DNA of 64,000 nt from Magnetovibrionaceae bacterium (lineage in GTDB: Bacteria; Pseudomonadota; Alphaproteobacteria; Rhodospirillales; JBMYSY01). This document shows positions 1 to 6,580 of this stretch, one piece after another. A program made the position numbers and the translations under genes. The stretch is from positions 2,870 through 66,869 of the forward strand of contig JBMYSY010000019.1 in assembly GCA_049603795.1 (NCBI GenBank). Reading direction: 5' to 3'. Positions within the stretch are counted from its first letter, which is position 1. Each line of letters begins with the position of its first letter. The notes under the pieces were generated by a model that was given only the letters and a program-made list of their open reading frames with translations, was not told the DNA's origin and did not search any database.

Positions 1-1
1 T

Positions 2-880
2 CCGGCGGGTGCCTTGCACAAAGACACCAATTTCAAGGTCATTTGTGCCGTACCGGGAACCGACAGCCAGCACATCGTAGCCGACCATCAATCGATCGAG
101 AGCCTGGGCCTTCAAAGAGTCTCGGTGAAAACAGGCAAGCTGGAGCTGAAGGCCCTGGAGGTCGAACGAACGGTCTTTGAAGCCCTGCAGAAAGCCAAGG
201 AAGAGGGCGAAACCATCTATTGGGGCAAGGACGATCCGCTTTCGGCACTCGCCAACCTGCAAAAAGACCTAGTTGATCTCAGGTCTGGCTTTATGGCGCT
301 GATTGACGAAACGCCCCCCGACATCGCGGGCAAATCGACTTTCGCCCAGCAACCCCTGCAATGGGCGGCGAAAGAGTATGTTCGTCGAACGGGCCGCCGG
401 CGATTTACCCGGATCCAGAAACAATCCGTTCGGGTCATTCAGGGACCGGAAGCGGCTGGAAAAGCACCGAGGCGGGCCTGTGCACCCGGAAACAATCACC
501 GCCTTGTCGTCTATCTTGATCCGGACCTGAAGATGGGTTGGGAGGTGGTCTCCACCCTGGACGCCAACAAGGCCCGTTTCAAAGAGCGGTGGCAGGAGAT
601 CGGCGGACGCCTTTTGTTCAGGCTGCACAAGGATGATGTGGTCGAGATGACAGAAGACCCGGAAGCGCCTGAACCTTCCCGTTGTCTTTACCGCACCGTT
701 TCCCTTTCCGAAGGGGACTTGGAATTCATCAAGCTCTCGGATGCCCGTGGGGTCCGGGAAGTCCCGAAAGGCGTGTCCGTCCGACTGTCGAGCCTGGGCG
801 CTTTGGCCGAGCGTGACCCCCTGCCGGTGGTGTTGGATATCACCGGGCGGTTCCGATGGCGCCCCCGCGGTCGCAACTGA
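2..880 (+). CDS. cas9: Cas9 C-terminal fragment (type II-C effector; 5' end lies outside the window)
   Basis: The frame is open to the window edge. Stop TGA 878-880 sits 13 nt before the cas1 ATG. It is followed directly by type II cas1-cas2 and a 36-bp-repeat array, with no csn2 or cas4. The visible C-terminal sequence is not diagnostic on its own, so the call rests on context. Confidence 0.7.
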   Translation, partial: PAGALHKDTNFKVICAVPGTDSQHIVADHQSIESLGLQRVSVKTGKLELKALEVERTVFEALQKAKEEGETIYWGKDDPLSALANLQKDLVDLRSGFMALIDETPPDIAGKSTFAQQPLQWAAKEYVRRTGRRRFTRIQKQSVRVIQGPEAAGKAPRRACAPGNNHRLVVYLDPDLKMGWEVVSTLDANKARFKERWQEIGGRLLFRLHKDDVVEMTEDPEAPEPSRCLYRTVSLSEGDLEFIKLSDARGVREVPKGVSVRLSSLGALAERDPLPVVLDITGRFRWRPRGRN

Positions 881-893
881 AGGGGGCGGGATC

Positions 894-1811
894 ATGTGGC
901 GTGTCGTGGACATCGCCGAGGCGGATCGGCATCTTCATTTGTCCCGGCAATCCCTCGTGGTTTCCGACAAGGGGCAGGAGTTGGGGCGCATCCCGGTCTC
1001 CGACATTCAGGCTGTTCTGGTGCATGGATTCGGTGCCAGCCTGTCGCTGAATGTCGCCGCTGCCCTGGCCGAGGCGGGAATCCCCCTGGTGCTTTGCGGG
1101 GCAAACCATCTGCCCGCCCTGCTCTGCCTGCCGGTCAGTGCCAACTTTGAACAGGCCGCGCGCACAAACGCCCAGGCCGAGGCGAGCCTGCCTTTGAAGA
1201 AGCGGCTTTGGCAGTCGCTTATCCGGGCAAAGATCACCGCCCAGGCCCGTTGCCTGGAGGAATCAGACTCCCAAGGCCACTCCAGCCTGATCAAGCTGGC
1301 GAAGAAGGTCCGTGCCGGAGACCCGGATAATCTGGAAGCCCAGGCGGCAAGGGCCTATTGGCCGCGTTTGATGGGGCCGGATTTTCGCCGGGACCAGGAT
1401 GCCGACGGCCTGAATGCCCATTTGAACTATGGCTATGCCGTTTTGCGTGCCGCCGTCGCCCGGGCAGTCGTCGGGGCGGGGCTTAGCCCCGCGCTGGGTC
1501 TTCACCACCGCGGACGATTGAATCCCTTCCAACTGGTGGACGACCTGATGGAGCCCTTCCGCCCCCTGGTTGACCTGCTGGTCTGGCGCAACCGGACAGA
1601 ATGGACGGGCCGATTGGCACCGGACGCCAAGCGCAGCCTGGCCGGTTGGATTACCGCCAGCTTGCCGACCGACCAGGGCGCTCAACCGCTGACCCGGGTC
1701 ATGAGCCAACTGGCGGTCGGATTGGCCCAGGTCTACATGGGGGAAGAAAAGCAGCTCTGGCTTCCCGATGACTGGGCCTTGCTTCGCCAGGAGGAACTGG
1801 ACCTTGGCTGA
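894..1811 (+). CDS. cas1: CRISPR-associated endonuclease Cas1 (type II)
   Basis: ATG at 894 follows a purine-rich stretch. The 305-aa product starts MWRVVDIAEADRHLHLSRQSLVV and contains NAHLNYGYAVLRA, both typical of Cas1. It lies between cas9 and cas2. Confidence 0.9.
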   Translation: MWRVVDIAEADRHLHLSRQSLVVSDKGQELGRIPVSDIQAVLVHGFGASLSLNVAAALAEAGIPLVLCGANHLPALLCLPVSANFEQAARTNAQAEASLPLKKRLWQSLIRAKITAQARCLEESDSQGHSSLIKLAKKVRAGDPDNLEAQAARAYWPRLMGPDFRRDQDADGLNAHLNYGYAVLRAAVARAVVGAGLSPALGLHHRGRLNPFQLVDDLMEPFRPLVDLLVWRNRTEWTGRLAPDAKRSLAGWITASLPTDQGAQPLTRVMSQLAVGLAQVYMGEEKQLWLPDDWALLRQEELDLG

Positions 1812-1935
1812 CCAAGATTGCGCCGCCAGGGGTGGCACCCCGGTCCCCGTCGATGCGCTCGTGCGCCGGATCATCCGAAAACGCTGCGGCGGCCCCTCCA
1901 CGCTCAACGATCCCCCTCGCTCAGGATACCGATCC

Positions 1936-2241
1936 ATGTGGCTGATCTGCGTCTTCGACCTGCCTGTCGGTAACCCCGACGAACGCCGCCGAGCCACACG
2001 TTTTCGCAAGGATTTGCTGGATGAAGGTTTTTCGATGAAGCAATGGTCGGTCTACCAGCGCTATTTCGAAACCCGCGACCAGGCCGAGGCCTGCGCTGAC
2101 CGAATCGGGCCCAAGACTCCGGCCATGGGGCTTGTTACACTCTACTTTATTACCGACAAACAGTTCGGCCGGGCGCGGAATTTCCAGGGTCCGAATCGGG
2201 CTGAGGACGACGAAAAACCCGACCAACTAGCCCTCTTTTAG
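1936..2241 (+). CDS. cas2: CRISPR-associated endoribonuclease Cas2 (type II)
   Basis: MWLICVFDLPV..RRRATRFRKDLLDEGFSMKQWSVYQRY matches the type II Cas2 pattern (FDLP..R..Y..FRK.L...GF...Q.SVY). The start may lie further upstream (in-frame GTG at 1861). Stop is TAG 2239-2241. Confidence 0.85.
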   Translation: MWLICVFDLPVGNPDERRRATRFRKDLLDEGFSMKQWSVYQRYFETRDQAEACADRIGPKTPAMGLVTLYFITDKQFGRARNFQGPNRAEDDEKPDQLALF

Positions 2242-2271
2242 GTCCGATTCATGCGGTATTTAACGGCAGAA

Positions 2272-2313
2272 AACCCGCCTAAACTCCTGAAATATAAGGA
2301 ATTTAGGCGGGTT
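2272..2313. terminator. Perfect 12-bp inverted repeat hairpin between the cas2 stop and the first CRISPR repeat
   Basis: AACCCGCCTAAA (2272-2283) and TTTAGGCGGGTT (2302-2313) flank an 18-nt AT-rich loop that holds an inner TCCT/AGGA pair. The hairpin ends 2 nt before repeat 1. It may insulate or terminate between the cas operon and the array. Confidence 0.5.
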
Positions 2314-2315
2314 GG

Positions 2316-3803
2316 ACTGTAGCACAGGCTGTTTTGGAGAGCAGCTACAGCGCGCGGGCCACACGGGTGGCACGGGCAAGCACTGTAGCACAGGCTGTTT
2401 TGGAGAGCAGCTACAGCATCTTCCGGTCTCGCTTTGATGGGCCCAAGACTGTAGCACAGGCTGTTTTGGAGAGCAGCTACAGCCGGTGGACCGACTGAAA
2501 GACCTGGACGAAAACTGTAGCACAGGCTGTTTTGGAGAGCAGCTACAGCAAGAGGGTTGAGCCCCCGCGTGCCGAGAAAACTGTAGCACAGGCTGTTTTG
2601 GAGAGCAGCTACAGCGCACGACCGCTTCCAACAACTCCGGGCGTCACTGTAGCACAGGCTGTTTTGGAGAGCAGCTACAGCGGGACCAGCCGGACCAGGT
2701 CTATTTCGTTTACTGTAGCACAGGCTGTTTTGGAGAGCAGCTACAGCGTCACCTCTGTCATGGTGTCAGCGGACACCACTGTAGCACAGGCTGTTTTGGA
2801 GAGCAGCTACAGCTGGACCTCCTCGATATAAAAGGCCTGGAAGACTGTAGCACAGGCTGTTTTGGAGAGCAGCTACAGCGCTGTCATCGCGGTATTCCTT
2901 GGTGGCACCACTGTAGCACAGGCTGTTTTGGAGAGCAGCTACAGCCGACGGCAACCGACGGTTCCCAGCTCGCGGACTGTAGCACAGGCTGTTTTGGAGA
3001 GCAGCTACAGCCTGGCCATGGAGGGCGAACACGACGACGAAACTGTAGCACAGGCTGTTTTGGAGAGCAGCTACAGCGCGCTTGCACCTTTGCTCCGGCA
3101 CTTCCGCACTGTAGCACAGGCTGTTTTGGAGAGCAGCTACAGCCAGGCCTGGTCGAGGCGTCGGTCGGTCTTGACTGTAGCACAGGCTGTTTTGGAGAGC
3201 AGCTACAGCGGGCGTGCCCCCTTCGGCGGATACGCCTGCACTGTAGCACAGGCTGTTTTGGAGAGCAGCTACAGCGGAACAACCGCTTCCAACAACTCCG
3301 GGCGGACTGTAGCACAGGCTGTTTTGGAGAGCAGCTACAGCCGGTGATTGACGAAATTCCGGCTGAAGATGACTGTAGCACAGGCTGTTTTGGAGAGCAG
3401 CTACAGCAGTTGCGAGCCTATATCGCTGAGTTGCAAGACTGTAGCACAGGCTGTTTTGGAGAGCAGCTACAGCGGCGGACCCTCGAACAGTTCCGGGCGG
3501 ATTACTGTAGCACAGGCTGTTTTGGAGAGCAGCTACAGCCTAAAGGGTGCGCCCTGTTCGCGGTCGAGCACTGTAGCACAGGCTGTTTTGGAGAGCAGCT
3601 ACAGCGTATCCGGCGCACCTGGGGCGTGACCCATGACTGTAGCACAGGCTGTTTTGGAGAGCAGCTACAGCAGTACGAGCCCACCGCGATTGGAGCGATC
3701 TACTGTAGCACAGGCTGTTTTGGAGAGCAGCTACAGCGGGAAGCAGTTCACCTGCTCTCAGGGTTACACTGTAGCACAGGCTGTTTTGGAGAGCAGCTAC
3801 TGC
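2316..3803. CRISPR. CRISPR array: 23 repeats of 36 nt and 22 spacers, all 30 nt (period 66)
   Basis: Plus-strand repeat is ACTGTAGCACAGGCTGTTTTGGAGAGCAGCTACAGC, starting at 2316, 2382 ... 3768. The last repeat is degenerate (A to T at 3801). The reverse complement GCTGTAGCTGCTCTCCAAAACAGCCTGTGCTACAGT resembles the Neisseria meningitidis II-C repeat as I recall it (GTTGTAGCT...GTGCTACAAT). crRNAs are therefore probably made from the minus strand. Confidence 0.97.
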
Positions 3804-3934
3804 CATGGCTTGACGTTGTCCGTCTGCTGTTCCGCTTGCCTGCTGTCGGTGTGATCTCGATTCCGGGTTCGTGAAACGTTCGGGCCCGCCCTTCGGATGA
3901 GCCGAGGGTGGGTTTCTGCTAGAAGAGTAAGGCT

Positions 3935-4006
3935 ATGAAAACGCTCTTCGCCCTTTTGTTTCTGTGGATGGTCGTTCAGTCCTTGTATTCCTATCTGTTC
4001 AACTGA
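3935..4006 (+). CDS. Possible 23-aa hydrophobic peptide (MKTLFALLFLWMVVQSLYSYLFN)
   Basis: ATG preceded by GTAAGG in an AT-rich segment just beyond the array. The ORF is very short and has no homology support. Confidence 0.2.
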   Translation: MKTLFALLFLWMVVQSLYSYLFN

Positions 4007-4199
4007 TCGGTTCCGCCGAAATCCGAACGTCGTTCGTTTTCTGGGTTTCCAGTAAAGCGCCGCAATCCGTTGTCTCGGCCTCTTGGCCGGTGACGGCTTC
4101 ACCGAGGGTCGACGGGGCCACAACACGACATCCCAGGTCGTGCGTCGGCCTGTTGTAGGACTTGGGGCTGCGCCGTCCAGGCGTCTCGGTCGAAGCCTA
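3999..4199 (-). pseudogene. Relic of a transposase/integrase-core (rve-like) C-terminus
   Basis: The minus frame reads ...SYNRPTHDLGCRVVAPSTLGEAV...*. This resembles the conserved YN..RPH..LG..(T)P..(F) end of IS3/IS481-type DDE transposases. It is bounded by an in-frame stop after about 65 codons, with no intact upstream part. Confidence 0.3.
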
Positions 4200-4298
4200 G
4201 TTTGTCGGACCCAGCTGGCACAAAGCCCTCCTAGAATTGATGAACAACGTCGGTGGATGATGCGGTATACTACGTAAACGTGTTAATATGCTAAGTGG

Positions 4299-4327
4299 CT
4301 CGACTAAAGGAAGAAGGCCGACTATAT
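4299..4327 (+). promoter_or_regulatory. Candidate sigma-70 promoter CTCGAC-N17-CTATAT
   Basis: The -35 element is CTCGAC (4299-4304). Exactly 17 nt later comes the -10 element CTATAT (4322-4327), close to the alphaproteobacterial CTTGAC-N17-CTATAT consensus. The predicted start near 4334 lies about 70 nt upstream of the anti-repeat. Confidence 0.35.
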
Positions 4328-4409
4328 GCTTAAAATCCTATTTCAGTTGTTCAAGCTAATCTTCTTACTCAGTCTACTTTGGTTGGCCTTCTGTCTCGCC
4401 ATCACTTAA
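4326..4409 (+). CDS. Possible 27-aa hydrophobic peptide (MLKILFQLFKLIFLLSLLWLAFCLAIT)
   Basis: ATG is preceded by AAGGAAGAAGG. AT-rich codons contrast with the GC-rich genome. The stop TAA 4407-4409 lies inside the diverged repeat copy. This competes with the promoter reading above, because the -10 element overlaps the ATG. Confidence 0.25.
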   Translation: MLKILFQLFKLIFLLSLLWLAFCLAIT

Positions 4410-4613
4410 GGCTGGGCTGAATTCGAGAGCAGCTCTAGCCTAAAGGGTGAGACGGCGCTGTGGGGCGTATCTTCGTGGGAATCTCTCGGAGAGGGAGTAG
4501 ACACTGCGACCGCACCGCGCCTGTCCGCTCGGGTGAAGTGCCAAAGGGAGGTGCGGTCCCGGCAATTCACCTGCCACCTTCAGCTTAGCAACTTCCCTTG
4601 CCCAAAGCAAGGG
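4404..4613 (+). ncRNA. Candidate tracrRNA (anti-repeat 4404-4439; 3' end uncertain)
   Basis: 4404-4439 matches the repeat at 25/36 positions. Hand pairing to a minus-strand crRNA repeat gives 28/36 pairs, including 3 G-U. It is followed by UAAAGGG (nexus-like), a 9-bp stem (4508-4516/4550-4558) and the hairpin CCCTTGC-CCAAA-GCAAGGG (4595-4613). Confidence 0.55.
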
Positions 4614-5090
4614 CGTGCATCGCCCTCTAAAACGTTAATAGGGCCGCCGCCGGATAAACGTCGCCAAATCCGCGAGTCCAATTGTAACGTCTTGCGCTTG
4701 CCCGGCTTATCAAAAGGTGCCTGGTTCAAGGGCTCTGGTTCGAGGGCTCGACAGCCGTGTCTTTGCCGTCCCGCCGGTGTTGGATCAAAAGACGACACGG
4801 GCCCGACCCAACCCTGCGCTTTGATGTTAGCCGGGTTACAGCGGTCGAGCAATCCAAAGGCCGGTCCGGACAATCAAGATGTCCTTGACGGCGGGATGTC
4901 TTTGGTGTCGGCAGGGATGCGCCAAGGCGGTGGGAAAGAGAAGGGGCGAGGTGGGGCCTCCCTGGGAACCCCACATCATACTCCGGTGGCCATTGGCACC
5001 GTGTCACGGCCGGGAGACTATCACCGCGTCACTCGTCCCTCAGACCCGATGGTAGCGCAAAGATGCCGCCTTGTCGAAAGGTCTGCCGCC

Positions 5091-6071
5091 CTAGCCCCGC
5101 TTCAAGTCAATCGTCGTCACTTCGCCCCGGCTGAAGAAGCGGTAGGGCAGGCCGGATGTGCCTGCACCCGGGCTGGTGTAGCCCTGCATGCCGCCCAACT
5201 GCCAAAGCCCTCTTGCCAGGTCCTTGTTGCGGGTCAGGTGGGTGACCAGAGGCCGCCCGCCCGGCAGGCAGATCTGGCCGCCGTGGGTATGGCCGCAGAG
5301 GTAGAGATGGTGGCCGGCCTCGGCTGCTTCCTGCGCCAGTTCGGGGGAATGGACCAGGGCGAGGCCAAAGCCTTCGACCGGGGGCTTCAATGCCGCATCG
5401 GCGTCCGTGCTGTAGAAACGGTTCACGTCGTCGGTGCCCGTGATGGAGAGCGCGCCGCCGCCCCTTCGCAGCACATGCCGTTCGTTACAGAGCAGGCGGA
5501 TGCCAAGCCGGGCCTCGAAGGCCTCCCCCATGCGGTGGTCGTCGTGATTGCCGAGCGTGGCAACCACACCGTCGCGGGCCTTCACGGCGTCCAGGATCTT
5601 TGCCATCGGTTCCATGATTTGTTCGAACGGGCCGTCGTCACCCATGCGGTAGTCCCCGGTCATGACGCAGAGATCGACTTCCCGGCCCTTGAGCTGTTCG
5701 GCCAGGCGGTCACCGAGGCCCGGCAGGGCATCGAGATGAAGATCGGTCAGGTGCAAGATGCGATACCCCTCGAAAGCCTCCGGCAGGACCGAAGAGGTGA
5801 TGGTCAGCTGGCGGTCCTGCAGATCCAGGGCATTGGCCCGACCGCGGTTGCCCAGGCCGACCATCTCGACACCTCTTCCGAAACAGGCCATGGCGCGGTG
5901 GAAAAGGTCATCCCTGCGGGGGAGCTTCGTCCGTTCCGGGGATTGATAGAGACCGGAGGCCTCCATCATCGCCCTTCTTTTTAACCACAAAAGTCTAAGG
6001 GCTTTTGTCTTTGCCGATGTCTGATATGGAAAGTGAGCTTCCGATGGTGCCTGTTCAAGGGGCAGGGACAT
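5091..6071 (-). CDS. Metallophosphoesterase (calcineurin-like, YaeI/YkuE type)
   Basis: Motifs present: LHLTDLHLD, TGDY, GNHD and GHTHGGQ. The long plus-strand ORF 4533-5984 is its antisense shadow. Confidence 0.85.
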   Translation of the reverse strand: MSLPLEQAPSEAHFPYQTSAKTKALRLLWLKRRAMMEASGLYQSPERTKLPRRDDLFHRAMACFGRGVEMVGLGNRGRANALDLQDRQLTITSSVLPEAFEGYRILHLTDLHLDALPGLGDRLAEQLKGREVDLCVMTGDYRMGDDGPFEQIMEPMAKILDAVKARDGVVATLGNHDDHRMGEAFEARLGIRLLCNERHVLRRGGGALSITGTDDVNRFYSTDADAALKPPVEGFGLALVHSPELAQEAAEAGHHLYLCGHTHGGQICLPGGRPLVTHLTRNKDLARGLWQLGGMQGYTSPGAGTSGLPYRFFSRGEVTTIDLKRG

Positions 6072-6320
6072 GGTGGCTTCTCCGGTCTATGGCCGGACAC
6101 CTCGTCCGGACCCTCGGGTGTACAAAGAGCAACCGACATGCCAGGGCCGTGGGGCGGAATTGGGGCCCTTTGAGGGTCATTTTGCAGCAAAACCGTCGCG
6201 TTTTGCGGATCGAGTCGCAACTTGCAGTCCCAGGCCCAGCAGAGAGGCGTTGGCCGCGAGAAAGCTCAAAGCACCGGAAAATCAGGGGAAACGTGGGCTG
6301 CATCACAGCCAATCGAATAT

Positions 6321-6336
6321 TGGCATGGCACTTGCG
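6321..6336 (+). promoter_or_regulatory. Sigma-54 promoter (P4): TGGCATG-GCAC-TTGCG
   Basis: Fits TGGCAC-N5-TTGCW with GG and GC correctly spaced. The -12 GC lies 45 nt upstream of the SD-preceded ATG at 6380. Confidence 0.6.
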
Positions 6337-6379
6337 GAGACGGTTGGCGAAGAGCGTTCCGTCAGCAATGGAGGAGATT

Positions 6380-6547
6380 ATGTTTCAGAAAGTTCAGCCC
6401 TACCGGTCGCAGCACCAATCCCAGGTCAGCCTGACCCAATCACTTCTGTCCTGTCTCGGGCGGGAAGAAGCCATTCGCGTCGCCCAGGAAAACCACTGGG
6501 GTGGCATCCTGGCCGAACTGCAAGACGTCAGCGATACCGAACACTGA
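6380..6547 (+). CDS. Small hypothetical protein (55 aa)
   Basis: GGAGGAG lies 3-5 nt upstream of ATG 6380, and there is an alternative in-frame ATG at 6368. The product is MFQKVQPYRSQHQSQVSLTQSLLSCLGREEAIRVAQENHWGGILAELQDVSDTEH. The upstream sigma-54 promoter supports the call. I recognise no family. Confidence 0.45.
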   Translation: MFQKVQPYRSQHQSQVSLTQSLLSCLGREEAIRVAQENHWGGILAELQDVSDTEH

Positions 6548-6580
6548 ACACTGAACGTCAGGACGATTGGATCGTCAGGA

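Noticed and set aside
741-893. Upstream extensions of cas1 (from 741), cas2 (from 1768), the S8 protease (to 10215), glmM (to 34435) and rpsA (from 27542)
   Set aside because: The extensions overlap the preceding gene or lack family sequence. Conserved N-termini, signal peptides and RBS motifs support the internal starts. For cas2, a GTG at 1861 remains possible.
2352-3767. Self-targeting: whether any of the 22 spacers matches elsewhere in this window (for example the low-GC islets)
   Set aside because: Reading by eye, I found no full or near-full match apart from the 10-nt junction identity reported above. An exhaustive alignment was not possible by hand, so no claim is made either way.
2260-3874. 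About ten overlapping ORFs on both strands (for example 2884-3381, 3344-3874) with reiterated peptides such as TVAQAVLESSYS and CSCSPKQPVLQ
   Set aside because: They are translations of the CRISPR repeat in different frames. The 66-nt period is a multiple of 3, so the frames stay open. They are not genes.
4303-4312. CTAAAGG at the RBS of the 27-aa ORF matches the first 7 nt of the shared CTAAAGGGTG seed, hinting at Cas9-guided repression of the peptide gene
   Set aside because: A 7-nt match within about 100 nt is expected by chance at the percent level. The PAM is unknown, and the partial-match repression I am aware of uses a longer seed match. It is kept only as a remark inside the mini-ORF finding.
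4468-4503. A possible second degenerate repeat about 64 nt after the first (GGAGAG at 4488-4493), which would make a psi-repeat/psi-spacer/psi-repeat (CreA-like) unit
   Set aside because: Only 15/36 positions match the repeat, against about 9 expected by chance. The spacing is off by 2 nt, and the end that would carry the promoter-like motif is not conserved.
4533-5984. 483-aa plus-strand ORF
   Set aside because: It is the antisense shadow of the metallophosphoesterase gene plus non-coding DNA in GC-rich sequence. It has no motifs, and its 5' part overlaps the structured tracrRNA-candidate region.
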